NCBI GenBank assembly: GCA_964016885.1
Contig: OZ024743.1
Location: 43,276,001 to 43,340,000 of the forward strand
Reading direction: 5' to 3'
DNA length: 64,000 nt
Origin: Eledone cirrhosa
Lineage: Eukaryota
Part shown: positions 12,721 through 26,548 of the stretch, one piece after another
How positions within the stretch are numbered: the first letter of the stretch is position 1
How the letters are laid out: each line of letters opens with the position of its first letter
Translations under genes and position numbers: made by a program
The notes under the pieces: generated by a model
The model's input: only the letters and a program-made list of their open reading frames with translations
What the model was told of the DNA's origin: nothing
The model's database searches: none

Positions 12721-13487
12721 TTTATAAATTGTAAACGGCAAAAATAGTTCGGCTAGTCTTCCTGTAACAACATATAAAGAAATCTAGGCAGCCAAAAGAA
12801 CAGATTTTCTAATAATATAAATGTTAGTGAATGTGCTTTAATACTACACAGTCAATGTAAATGCACGAACAGCAAACCTCCAAACAAGTATTACTGAGGA
12901 AAATGTTCTATTTTTGAGGTAGAAAATCGGTCATAAAACCTTGCCCGGTACCCTGTATATTTGTTTTGGAAAGGGTAATAAGCCTCTTTCGAAGGATTGC
13001 GAAATAGTGTTCAAATATTACAATTGTTTTCCACCTACCATCTGTAGCGCTACTATTTGTATCGCTTAAGATGCCATAATTCGTTTTGCAAATTAAAATG
13101 TAATTAGAGATGGAATTGGTGTAAAACCGTTTGTTGGCTTGGTTGATGAACTCACATGTTTATTTGTTTTTTCTAACTGAATTAAGAAAATATGCTAATG
13201 TTTTCAACGTTAGCTCATGGTCTTTACACTGTTCTGGAATGTGTTTATAATTGCTGTGTATTTGAAATTTTCAATTAGAAAGAAAACAGCATCTACAAGC
13301 AGATGGAAAAATCGTAAATTGGGTGGGAATATTTGAAAATGAGGTCCTATTGAAGTGCATTTTTCTAGGGAACAAAATACATTCTTGCTACATCATTTGA
13401 ATCATAGTATATGTTGAAAACTAGGCAGAAATAAAAGGATATTATTTCCATTGACATACATGTTATTATTTATATATAAACAATGAA

Positions 13488-13560
13488 ATATAAAATCATG
13501 GAATATAAATCATGGATTATAAAATCATGGAATATAAAATCATGAAAAATAAAATCATGT
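13488..13560 (+). repeat. 15-bp minisatellite (ATAAAATCATGGAAT), about 5 copies
   Basis: Directly visible. Confidence 0.9.
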
Positions 13561-14437
13561 ATTGCTCACTTATCACTTTATTTGAATTTAGAAATAACAA
13601 GATGGTTTCCCATTGTTAAGCCTTATTTGATGTTCCTATAAACTAGAGAGTCATTGGTTGTATTAAATAATTTTACTATAATATTAAAGAGTTTTTCTAT
13701 AATATGGATATTAGAAAACGGCTACATTTTATGAATTTCGAAATTTAAATAAAAGGATAAAATTAAAACTATTTAATATATAGAAACTTGTGTAAATATT
13801 ATACATACTAGCAGAAAAACCACCTAACGGGTGGTTTTCTGCTAGCCTATATAGTGTGCATATTAACATTATACGGAAGTATATATGCATGTCGATATGA
13901 TACATCAAATAAAATCGTAATTGACAATATACACAGTAATTAAACGAAGACTGAGTTACACTGTCGCAGGTAATCAGAAACATAATCCATGATATATTAA
14001 AAAAGACAATTTTATATATAAACTGCATTAGGAGAAAATTGTGACGGAAATATATGAATGTTTATTTAAGCAATCGCTAACCGGAAGTCTTGACATTTGA
14101 ATATGTTAAAGAAGTGAATATTTAAATAACCAATAAAATATATTTAATCAAAAGCTATGAAATTTAGCAGATACATTATGTAATATTAACTTTGCCTTTC
14201 ATCCTTACGGGGTCGATAAAATAAAGTACCAGTAATGTACTGGGTAATTGCTGGTCTTGTGCCAAAAGTAGAAACAATTATTTATTCAAAGTAATCCAAC
14301 TTATTTTACAAACGGGATAAAAAATTATATTCTGGTTGCAGTCCCGCACTACGTTCTTTATTATAGTTAAGATTTCAATTCAGTAAATGTAAAAGACGTT
14401 GATCATGAACAGTCGTTGGAGCTCCAGATTAAAAGTC

Positions 14438-17400
14438 CCTGAGTAAATTTAATAATCCCAAATCTTGGTTGTCCATCGTAAACGATGATGACATCTTCTT
14501 TATTGTTGTACCCGTCTGCCGTGGGCACGAAGGTGGCTGTGGAGGCCAATCCTTGACGTGTAGGTCCGGTGACAGTGGGGGCAGGTGAAGAGACCGGAGT
14601 CGCTTGGGGCAGCTGCTGATGCATTTCTCCCCTTTTCACGGGCCTCAGTGACCTCTGCCCGTCTCTTCTCTTCAAAATAGTCTTTGGCGCGTCTGGTAAG
14701 GGCATGCCACTCAGTTCTGTCCTGAACATGGTACTCGAGGTGTTTTGGGGCAATTCCAGTGTTGTTGATATTGGACTTCACACAGTCTTTCAACCTCTTG
14801 AGAGGCCTGCCCTGCTTTCGTTTCCCCGAACAGGGTTTCCCATGCATCAGTTGCTTCGGAAGTCTGTGATCGTCCATCCGGATGACATGTCCCACCCATC
14901 GAAGTCGGCTCTTCAGTATCCTGGCGTTTATCTCTTTGTCGAGGCTTCTATCGCTGCTGATGACAATGCCAATGTACTTGAAGTCGTCCACCGTCTTTAG
15001 CTGGGTGCCTCCGATGGAGATGGAAGGAAGGTGGGCAACGGATGCAGGTGCAGGCTGTAACATAACCTCAGTCTTTCCAAGGCTAATTGTGAGACAGAAG
15101 GGGCAGGAGGCCTCCGCGATCTTGTTAACGATGACTTGTAGGTCAGACCCCCTGTGGGCAATGAGGCCACAGTCGGCAGCAAAAGGTGATTCCAGTACGA
15201 TCCTCTGCACGGTCCTTGTCTTGGCCATCAGGCGCCGCAGGTCAAATAGGGAGCCGTCCAGTCTGTATCGCAGATACACGCCATGCTCGAGGTCACTGAC
15301 GACATGATAGACCAGGCAGGTGAAGAACAGGTTGAACAGAACGGGAGCCAGCACGCATCCTTACTTGACGCTGCTTGTGATTCTGAACGGCTTCGATTCC
15401 TCTCCGCCAGAGCGCATCTGCCCGTCATGTCGTCATGGAATTGCCGTATCAGGTTTACGAACTTGGTCGGGCATCCAAACTTCGACAGGATCGACCAGAG
15501 GGCCTCCTTGTTGACAGTGTCAAAGGCTTTCGTCAAGTCTATGAAGACGGCAAAGAGGTCCATGTTCTGCTCGACTCACTTCTCCTGCACCTGGCGTACA
15601 TAGAAGATCATGTCGATCGTGCTACGGTTTGGGCGGAACCCACACTGGGCCTCAGGCAGGTTGTCCTCCGCGATGCTGTCGATGATGCGGTTGATAATGA
15701 CCCGAACTAGGACCTTCCCAGCGATGGACCGGAGAGAGATGCCCCGATAGTTGCCACACTCAGTTTTGCTGCCTTTGTTCTTAAAAAGCGAGACAACTGT
15801 GGCATCCCTGAAGTCTTTGAGCACCTCTTCTTCCTCCCATATGCTGGCGAGGAGGGTGTGGAAGTCCCCCAGAGAAGCTGGATCGACCGACTTGAAGATC
15901 TCGGCAGGAATCCCGTCCCTCCCAGGAGCCTTTACTCAGCTGGGATGGTTGATTGCCTTCGTGACTTCATCCAACGTGAGAATGAGGTCGAGGCTGCCAA
16001 CTACGGGTTTCTGTGGGATCTGGTCGAGGGCAGCAGGGTCGACAGTGTAGGGCCTGTTGAGCAGGTTGCTGAAGTACTCTCTCCACATCGAGTTGATGCA
16101 GCTCTCCTCCTTCAGCAGGGTCGAGCCGACAGCAGACAGGAGTAGTGTAGTGACAGGCTTGGGGGTACGTAGACGTCCCCGATGGTGTTGAAGAATATCC
16201 TGGAGTTCTTTGTGTCAGCGTATCTCTCAGCATTTTCGACCTTCTTTTCGCACCACCCGTCCTGAATTCTGTGTAGCGCTGTTTGGGTCTGCCTCTGGAG
16301 GTGTTTAAAGCGATCGCACTTCGAGGTGGAGGAGCTGTCATTCTGCCACTCAAAGAAAGCCCTTCTCTTTTCGTCCAGGAGTTGTCTGATGCGCTCATCG
16401 TTTTCATCTAACCAGTCCTGGTTGACTCTCTTCCTCGTCCCGATGGTTGTCTTGGCTGACTCTGTCACCAGCGACCTGAACTGGACTCACTGTTGAGTTG
16501 GGGGTCCGGTCAATGGTCCATGGGCAGTCAGCCGGCCGTCCAGGTCTTCCGCGAACGCATCACGATGCTCTGTCTGCTTGAGTCGTGCGACGTCGAAATC
16601 TGGCCTACAGTCTTGCGATGCGGCGGGGTGATGTGCAGTGACAGGATGGTTGGTCCAACACTCTGCACCACGCATGGTCCTGGTGATTCTGACGTCACGA
16701 AGGTCCCTCCTGCGGCATATGGCAAAGTCAATCAGATGCCACTGTTTGGATCTGGGGTGCATCCATGTCGTCTTGAACTTGTCTGCCTGGCGGAACAGTG
16801 TGCTGGTAAAGGTGAGGTCGTTCTCGGCGCAGAAACTCAACAGTATGAGGCCATTAGAGTTCAGCCTCCCAGTGCCGTGAGGTACCAGTACGCCCCTCCA
16901 GTTGCTGCTGTCAGACCCGACTCTTGCGTTGAAGTCCCCCAGTAGGATGAGTTTATCGCTTGGGGGCACGCCCTTCTAGAGTGCGTTGATTTCCCCGTAG
17001 AAAGTGTCCTTTGCTTCATCGCTGCAGGTGAGTGGGGGCGTACGCGCCAAATATGTTCGGGTTTAAAAACCCATTATCAAGGGAGAATCACATTGAGAGG
17101 GATTAAGGACCGCAGATGACTCGTTAGGAAGGCAGATTTAAGGTAAATGAAATAAAAAGACGTTAAATTTCCGAGAAGTTGATGTTAACATGCTCTTTAA
17201 TAGGGGAATGCAATGTCGAATAGTGCAGCCTATGGAAAATAGATTGCACCTGTTACATTCCAGCCTGTAGACTACCTGCCTTGTTAACAGCAACTTCTCG
17301 AAATGTTAACGTATTTTCGTTTGATTTAACTTAAATATGCCTTCCCAACAAGTCATCTCCGATTGAGCCTTTAAATCTCTCACTGGGATTCTCCCATGAA

Positions 17401-17450
17401 AATGAGTTTATAAATGCGAAAATATTTGGGAACATAAAAATTTGCTAAGG
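14438..17450. repeat. long imperfect inverted repeat (foldback/MITE), left arm split by the RTE
   Basis: 17047-17191 is complementary to 17282-17430, and 14438-14463 continues the match with about 17425-17450. Confidence 0.75.
14464..17046 (-). mobile_element. RTE-clade LINE, 5'-truncated, frameshifted, 6-bp TSD CCAAAT
   Basis: APE (LLGDFNARVG, TWMHPRSKQWHLIDF), RT (NYRGISL, QCGFRPNRST, FIDLTKAFDTV, FAAD) and a C-terminal C2H2 finger (CPHCHRT..GLHSH). CCAAAT occurs at 14458-14463 and 17047-17052. Confidence 0.93.
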
Positions 17451-17560
17451 TAAGATTCTATTGTTATCTTGTCAATTTTAATTTTCTTGTGCATTGTATT
17501 CCCAAATATTAAAATGTGTGCTTCCTATTCAACAATACTTTAAGCAAACTACAACGATAT

Positions 17561-17595
<35 letters not shown>

Positions 17596-17634
17596 ATGTG
17601 TGGGTGTGTGTGTGGGGGGGGGGGGGTATGTGTA

Positions 17635-17666
<32 letters not shown>

Positions 17667-17691
17667 GATATATATATAGATATATAGATAT

Positions 17692-18300
17692 GTCGGGTCA
17701 CTCTTGAGTGCTACTGGTAACATGTAACCCAGTACAACCTGTCGCATGGTCGGATCGTCGGCGACTAAACAAGCAACCCCACCAAATTTACTTGGTGGGG
17801 AGGGTGATTTTGAACACCCTGCAAGACAAAAAAACAAAACCTGACAAAGGGTGGAAGAACTCATAGGGGTCAACGGCCATCCAAAAGTGTGTAAATATGT
17901 ATATACACATGTACATTTGTATGTATATGGATATGTGTATATACATGGGTGCATATGAGCGGGATATAGAAATAGTCGGGCTGGACACCCGATCGCGCGG
18001 TATAAACCACTGGGAGTGAAGGACCCCTAGCCTTTGTCAGGGCATTCTTCTAGGAGAAGGCAACTCAGGAAACTGGGATAATTCCGATATAACATCTGCG
18101 ACTAAGTAGTTACCGATGATGTTGATCTTTTCTTCTTTTCGGGTTATAGCTACTGTCGCTCAGAGAGTGGGATTGGCTCAGTGCACAATCTTTCCTCACT
18201 AAAAAAAAATCTTCACGCGCAGGCATTGCACGATAGAATTAGTTAATAGTTATTAATAATGGTATATTGTGCAATGGTCATACTCGATAACGAGGGGCAG
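17692..18300 (+). mobile_element. RTE-like LINE 5' UTR / non-autonomous remnant
   Basis: GC-richer island with ggca..ctaggagaaggcaactc, a motif I recall from RTE 5' regions; interrupted by a microsatellite. Confidence 0.35.
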
Positions 18301-18456
18301 CCATCATAAATAAAAGAAAATATATATATATACATATGTATGTACGTATGTATGTACGTATATATATATATATATATAAATAAGCACACATATATATATA
18401 TATACGCACATATACATATTTATATACATGTATATATATCTTCTATTTATATATAT

Positions 18457-18487
<31 letters not shown>

Positions 18488-18513
18488 CATATATATATAT
18501 ACATATATATATG

Positions 18514-18545
<32 letters not shown>

Positions 18546-18632
18546 CGCACATATATATATATTTATATACATGTATTTATATCTTGTATTTATATATATA
18601 TATACACACACACAAAAACACACACACATCTG

Positions 18633-18673
<41 letters not shown>

Positions 18674-19151
18674 ATACGTGTGTGTCGGTGTGTGTGTTTG
18701 TGTACGTGCTTGCATGTGTGTTAATGTGTATGTAAATGTATTTACGTTTGTGTCACTGTATCAATGACATGCTGATAACTATTTTCTTTTATAGAATCCT
18801 GTCTCTTGATGTTTGAGAACAAGTCCTGGGAAAGCCTCTATTTATTTAGATGTGAATAGATGTGAATACATAGCTTTGACAAATTTAAATACCATTATTG
18901 CATTCAATATTTCTGAAATCAATAATGTGTATATATATATATATGTGCGTGTGTGTGTGGGTGTAAATTACACGCTGTTACTTCTGAGAACAATTTGTGT
19001 GTATATTAACACACATATATTATTTAATCAAATGCATTATTAATAAAACATAGGACGTCATACTAAATGACAGTGTGTGGAGGAATATATTAGACTGGGA
19101 TATAATATAAAACACGTAGACACACACAAATATACTCACACACGCACACAC

Positions 19152-19186
<35 letters not shown>

Positions 19187-19242
19187 TAAAGAGTGAGAGA
19201 GAGAGAGAGAGAGAGAGTGATAGTTAGAGAGAGTGAGAGAGA

Positions 19243-19316
<74 letters not shown>

Positions 19317-19454
19317 GTAAGGATGTAATTGAAGAAGAAATATATAATAACATATATGTTTGTGTAGTCTGGAATGCATTGTTTGTTGTGTGAACTAGCA
19401 ATCTTTTGAATTTATAGACGTAAGACAAAACAATCATTTTCCTAGAGATATAAT

Positions 19455-19850
19455 TATTTCTACTTTTGGCACAAGGCCAGCAATTACCAAGTACATTACC
19501 GGTACTTTATTTTATCGACCCCGTAAGGATGAAAGGCAAAGTTAACCCCGACAGGATTTGAACTCAGACCGTAAAGGGACATAATGCTAGAAAGCATGAC
19601 GTCCAACCCTCTACCGATACTGCCAGTTTACCGCCCTTTTACCTAGAGATATAATGCGTTCTCAGGGCGGTGGATTGTCAGTATCGGTAGAGGGTCTGAC
19701 GCCATGATTTGCAGCAAAGAATTACTGCCCTTTATGGTTTCAGTTAAAATCCGGCCGACGTTAACTTTGCCTTTCATCTTTACGAGGTCGATAAAATAAA
19801 GTACCAGTAATATACTGGGATAATTGCTCGTTTGTGCCAAAGTAGAAACA
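19455..19850. mobile_element. head-to-head pair of the same tRNA-SINE family
   Basis: Copies at 19455-19636 (-) and 19666-19850 (+). The first has a TSD cctagagatataat at 19441-19454 and 19642-19655. Confidence 0.85.
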
Positions 19851-22079
19851 ATTATTATGAAACTAGTCAAGTTGGTACACTCGCACAATCGTTACTGCTT
19901 CGTTTAAATGCTTAACAGCAGTCTTTCTTATTCTTCATGGTTTGAGTATAAATCTCACTGAGGTTAAGTCTGACTTATATCCTTTCGGTGGCAAGCCAGA
20001 AATATATATTAATAAAAGAATATTACCGATTAAATGTATACGTTTAATCTCTAATATGGCGATAAATCATGAATAGTTATATATACTAATGGTAATACCA
20101 TAATGCATTATAGAACAATACCACAATGCATTATAGAATAATGTCCTTATTAAAAAAGAAAAAGTAAAATATAGACTAAAAAAAGGAGAGAGATGAAAAT
20201 TCAATATGAAAACGTGAAGGGAGGAGCCAAATTCTACACTGATGGTTGTTATAACTGTGATACGTCCACATATAATGTTTTGGAGGTAAGTCTAAAACGT
20301 TTAAAGTCTGTCTTAAGCCAGAAGGCTCATTTGGCCGGTGCTAATCGTGGTTTCATGGTGTGAAGCGACTGAGAGTACAAGATTCCCCGCTAGACAGGAC
20401 GTCAATCCATCGCAGGGTTAAACCTCCAGTTATTGCTGGATATAGTTACTTATATTCGTAAGTTTAGACGTTCCAATGTAGCTTAACCGAATTGCTTAGA
20501 GTTATGTTCCGCAAGGTATCGGTCTGGTTTAATTACACAGCGTGGCAGCATTGTTATGTCCCATTTGCTTAGAGTTGTCTCAAATTTTTTGGTCCAAATT
20601 ACTAAAGAGGGAAGCGTTTGGAAGCGTGTCAAATGGAATGTACTTGGAATTCAAATAATTAACATTGTGATATTGTGTTTTTCTGAATCTTCCTGTGTCT
20701 GTGGAATAGTGAGCCACGTAATTTAAAGTTGTTACTATAATCAAACAACTGGAACATACGCCGTCGAAACCGACGGAGATCGACACCTGTATATACAAAC
20801 ACAACTGATATCATCTTTGATTTTAACTTTTCTAGAGTTGACAAATTAAACATCGAATTGTGAAATGTCTACATCGATTTATCAAATCTATGAACCTCCA
20901 AAATAATAAAATTAACTCTTTCATGGAAAGCAATTAAGGGCACAGATGTTATAATATAAAAATGCAGCTTCAGTAATTTAAGTGGGCGGGGGATAATGAT
21001 GTTATATATGTAGTATAACGCGTTGGAGTCAATAATCGTAATTTCCGAGTGATATTTATCTCGTCACTTGATTGTAATGTGACTGTGTCAAGAACACTTG
21101 ACTCTCATTAAAAGTTTATATCACCGCTCTCATCAGCAACATGGTTCTGCAGTTTGACAGCTGTTTCAATATTTTCCAATATTCTCATATCATCATACAC
21201 AATTAAATTAAATTAAATCAGTATCTCTATCATGTCACTAGAGGAGAGCATAATGAATATAGAAGTTGTGAAAAGTTTAGGATTCCTTACAAATATTGAA
21301 AATGTATTCAAAGACACACAGTCACGATCTCCAATATGGCATGGTTCCATGCCTTATTATGGGCCGGCGTCAAACCAGGTCAGACCAATGTCTGGGAGGC
21401 TTTCCTCCACAGGGTTCAAGTAAGTGTTGACCTAATTTCCTTCCCATTTGCGGGCTCCTTCTACCTCGATCGGGCCATCCGTTCGATGATACCCCACCGG
21501 TCTCTTTGTGGACATGCTTAGAACATGACTAATCATCTTCTACCGTTCTAAATTGATTAGTAGTCCCTTCTCCGTAGATCAATTGTGATATGATCACACC
21601 AAGAAACCTTACATATTGCCCTAAGCTAACGTCTATTTTATAAATCTGCTGTTGTGTAGTTGCTGGAAGCTGTATGTGGCATACGTCACTTTAGCATGCA
21701 TTGTGTCTTGGCCAATGAAGAGTTCGACCGTATAGCGAGGATTCTGCCCAGAATCTGACCATAAAAGCATCGCTTTGTTTTCTTTTTTAATGTTGATCTT
21801 AGATACAAAACATGAGCTGTCGTTGCTGCTGAAACACATATTCGCGCCGTGCACTTTAGCATTATATATATACATACGCATACACATACATATACACATG
21901 CACACATAAACACATGCACACAAACACACAACCAAACACATACATACACACATATATATTCATATGTATATACATATATCTATATGCATATAGAGAGAGA
22001 GAGATGAATATGAATTGATGCAGTAATATCCAATTAGTCCACTACTCACCAGAGTACTCGATCTTGGGGTAATAGGGTG

Positions 22080-23946
22080 GGTAATAAGAACAACTCATTC
22101 GGATCTAGCTGTTGAAATAGCAGTTCAGCAGACGGTGTCTCGAAACCTGTTTTCAACGACCATTCCACTTATTACAATGAAGCTCTTGCTCGAAGTGGAT
22201 TTGTCGATAAGGTAACATATACAGAGTACAAAAATAGACCTAGAAGAAATAGATCCCGTCGCATGTGTTGGTATAACCCACCATATAATATGGAGGTGGC
22301 CACACCATTAGCTAAGATCTTTCTTTCCCTTATTACGGAGCATTTTCCCCCTACATAAAAATATAGTAACATTTTTAATAGAAATACTATTAAAATTTCT
22401 TACTCTACGAATCCTAACCTTGCACATAACATCACAGCTTCAAATTTAGCTAAACTACCTAGCCGTAGGAACACGTGCAACCCTGTAGTTAGTACTAACT
22501 GTAATTGTAGGAATCGGGTTGATTGCCCCTATCCGGCAAATGCCTATCTAGTAACATTGTCTACAAATGTAAGGTTGTAACACCCACGTACAGTAGGGCC
22601 TACATAGGGTTAATCCCCAATAGATTCTAGCAGCGTCTTTACATTCATACCCATTCTTTTCGTTACCCTCTAAGAAGGAATATGACGTCACTTTCAGCTT
22701 ATATTTGGAGTCTAAAAGACAACCACACCCAATATAAGTTACACTGGGAGATCCTAGCTAGGGCTAGATCGTATAACGGAAATAAAAGACCATGTGACCT
22801 CTGCGCCGCTGAGGCCCTGGAAATACTCTACACCACATCTTAAACAAAAAATCTGAGGCAATTTCGGCTTGTAAACATAAATTGCACAAAACTTTCCTGT
22901 ATTACAGCCCCACGTTATACCCTAACGGATAGTACCATCTATACGTGGATATTTTACGTCTTGATGTGGGAGCTAAGTATATGTTTTGTTTATACCATTA
23001 CCTATTTGCATAGGTAAGTATACATTACTCGTATGTTTTGTGAAGGTACGTATACCTTCTCGTACGTATATTTGATTGTTTATGTTATGGCGTATAATTT
23101 TTATATATTCTGGTACATATGGTATGGCTTTGTGTATACGGGAGTTTTGCGTCTGTGTGAGTATGCTGGTTCGTACGTATGTAGGGTGTGTGTATATGTG
23201 TACATCATGTTTTGGTTGACTTACGTCTCCGAACATTCATGTATTTACATGTAGGTATGTGTGTGCGCTTGTTATATACGTATTTATTTATTTATATACG
23301 TTTATATAATTATTTATTTATTTGTATACACGCATACACACACACACATATTTATATGTGCGTGGTTTTGTATACCTATGGTAAGTGTTTTGCGTATGCT
23401 TGTGTATGTACGTATTTGTTTGCGTGTATGTATTTATTTATTTCTATTTCTTCTGTATTGTATTTATTTACTTTGTTCTTAACTCTGTAGCGAAGATTCA
23501 TTCGGTCTCCTTGTTAGAATTTTAATCTACGACTTCTGCTATACAATTTACGTGGTTTTGTCTTTGCGTGCTATTGTTCTCTACGCTCCACATATGACGT
23601 ACTATCTTCGTTTTTTTCGTTCATTGCCAGATAACGTCTCTATGAACCACCTAAGAGAACATTAGTCTACGACCTCTTTTATACCATAAACGCGGTTCTG
23701 TCTTTGCGCGTAATTGTTTTTCACCGCTCCTATTAATGACGTATTATATTCGTTTTTTCCCGTTCTTTGCCAGCGAACGTTACCACGAACCAAAGTATCG
23801 TCTTCCTGTCTTCCTCCGGTTGCAACGTTTTTTGAAATATCCACTTCTGCGTTTACAGATTGACTTTGTTAGTTTCAGAAGATCCCGTTAAGGCGTTAAG
23901 GGTGAAAGCAGCGATTCTTTGCTTAAACTTAAATCTGTTATTTTAA
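22080..23946 (+). mobile_element. Penelope-like element 3' half (RT thumb, GIY-YIG, 3' UTR), 5'-truncated and degraded
   Basis: Manual translation YNEALARSGF..WYNPPY..IFNRNTIKISYS..NCNCRNRVDCP..CLSSNIVYKCKV..YIGL..TSLSAYIWSLK..WEIL..CDLCAAE; ends in (TA)n. Confidence 0.85.
23871..23929 (+). ncRNA. type I hammerhead-like ribozyme with variant core CAGAAGA
   Basis: Stem I AGTTT/AAACT, core CAGAAGA (23876-82), stem II CCC..GGG, GAAA (23904-07), stem III AGCAG/TTGCT, N17=U. Confidence 0.55.
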
Positions 23947-24806
23947 TATATATATATATATATATATAAATTTCAAGTTATCAATAATGTAGTGATAATA
24001 TATCGTCACGTTAGAGGTGAACAGCGTACGTGTAGGTTTGCTCAACGAGTATAAATTATATTCCGGAGAAAATGTAGAAAAGATGAATATAAAATGAAAG
24101 TGCTTTTATAAAAGAATTTATTAGGTATTGACATATGTTTCTGTAACCGACGGAATACCTATGTATCTCTGCTTGCGTAATCATATAATGTTAGCAAGTA
24201 TTCGATGGCAAATGTATAATCAGTTGTCACTTCATCAGAGATATTGGATAAATTGGAAAAAAATCAGAAAAATTGAAGTATATATATGAGTTGTAAGAAA
24301 GGAACAGAGGGGTTAGTATATGACAGGTGGCAATTCAATTTGCTGGTAAACAAGTATATAGAAGGTTTTAATGAGAATACAATGAGTATATGGCTTATTT
24401 TATCTAAATAAGAATTTTTGGGAGTGCCTATTTTAATCTATATTTGACCAATTGAACTTGGATGTTCCTTGTTGAAAATCCAAGTTTCCGCTTCTGTGGT
24501 TTACCATTCGATTAATTGGTGAAATATATTTTTTGATGGAATATATACAGGGTAGATTAATCATATTATAGGGTATCTATTTTTGAAGTTCTGGTCAACT
24601 TTACTTAGTTACCTACCTAGCTATGTGTGGTTACACACTTGTAAAAATTATCTCCTGTGATTATTCATGTTTATTTATATGTTAATCAATTTCTAGTTAT
24701 TACAAAATGCTCGGACCTACCCGTTAGGGTGATATGGCGCATGTCTTTCTGGCATGACACCCATAATTTTGATTTAGAGTAAATTCATTTGATTTATCTT
24801 AATTTT

Positions 24807-24845
<39 letters not shown>

Positions 24846-24994
24846 GATTTATATATATATATATACATATATGTATGTAGATTTATATATATATATATAT
24901 ATATGTATGTAGATTTATATATATATATATATGTATGTAGATTTATATATATATATATATATATGTATGTAGATTTATATATATATGTATGTAG

Positions 24995-25041
<47 letters not shown>

Positions 25042-26384
25042 TTTAATACCCAACCCATACATCTTTACGGAACTTATCTGTCACTGTAAATTTGTAATGC
25101 GTTTTTGATCTCTTATTTAGAGTATCATATAATATAGTATATTATAATATGTAAGCAATTATATGTTTATCTATTATTAAATATACCTACTGCGCTTTAA
25201 AATCTAAAATTTAAAACAGATTCAAACTTATATATAAATGTGAATTTTTGGTGCGTTTTTTATCTCATATATAATATAATGTATTATAATATGTATGTAA
25301 TTATATATTATATTTTATATATTTTTAAATATACCTACCGCATTTCTATATCCATGATTCAAATATAGAGAAAATATCCAAACTAAAAATTATTATAGAC
25401 ATTATTTTGAACTCTGAATTATCCATGCACTTATTATTGTTTTTCTTATATATATATATATATGTATTTAAATGTAACACGTTGAACTCTATTTTATAAA
25501 ATTATAACCGTTATCATTTACCTAAAGTATAATGCACCACTAATACCTAATATATATCTATATATACCTCCCTATATCTTCCTATACATCATTTTTAGTT
25601 AACTTCTAAATTTGTTGATTATGTATATTCTGAACTAAGAATAATTAATGCATTTACACCCTGTTATATATAGGTGTATATTTAACCTTAACATGCCTCA
25701 ATCTATTATGTTATTTTTATTTTCGTTATTACTTACCTAAAATATACTGGCTCATTAATATATATCTATACACATAATCGTTATTTAAATATTTCTAACA
25801 ATAAGTACTTCAAAAGCTTTACATACCTAATATGTTGGTATCTTTGCTAAAGTTTAAATTTAGGAAAATAATCAATAGTATAAAATTTCATTCTTGATGT
25901 GCCAGCTAAATCCTTTAAATATTACCCTCATAAAACTCAGAAGCTTAGAAATGTCAACACACTTATAGAATTTATAAAACTAATATATAAATAACCAGCA
26001 AACAAATCCCGGAATCTTGATTCTTCACCCTAAAATTATAAATTAAATATTTTCAAAACTAACCGTTTAACTTTCGGGAAAATCTCCTTCTGCATATATC
26101 GCCCCCCCCCCCCTATTTTTCCCTCTCTATAAATCCTTTTCCAGGGGCTATCACTGGCTGTTATGATTCATGAGATGTTTTCCTAGATAAATTGTAATAT
26201 CATACATTTTAAAATCTCTATAACTGTTACATTAAGCAACGTTTGTCTTACTCACACATTCTCTATTGAATTTATTACGTTTTCGCATTTTCTCATAATT
26301 AGGGTATACAAGTTAAATTTTCTCTTAGGCTAATCACTACCTTGATTAAATCTTAACCATTTAACATCTCAAGGTATATCATGT

Positions 26385-26454
26385 ATCATTATATTTTGTC
26401 TGATGAGGACGTACTGTTGTACATCTGAAATATGTATAATAAAATGTAATTGAT
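26385..26454 (+). ncRNA. minimal type I hammerhead ribozyme (canonical core)
   Basis: Stem I ATATTTTGT/ATAAAATGT (9 bp, extendable), CTGATGA 26400-06, stem II GGACGTAC-tgtt-GTACATCT, GAAA 26427-30, short near-palindromic stem III ATATGTAT. Predicted cleavage after A26438. Confidence 0.8.
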
Positions 26455-26485
26455 CAAAAGAGCATCTATTATATAAATATTTGTA

Positions 26486-26548
<63 letters not shown>

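Noticed and set aside
18304-19437. Many [16 protein letters not shown] ORFs here, and poly-S/poly-T ORFs elsewhere (e.g. 48584-48952, 52377-52906)
   Set aside because: These are translations of microsatellites, not genes.
24195-24245. Minus-strand CTGATGA...GAA hammerhead-like motif
   Set aside because: GAAA is replaced by GAAT and stems I and III cannot be formed convincingly.
24838-25000. Repeat-spacer-like array ATGTATGTAGATTT(AT)n, about 6 units
   Set aside because: The spacers are only variable (AT)n. This is a compound minisatellite in a eukaryote, not a CRISPR array.
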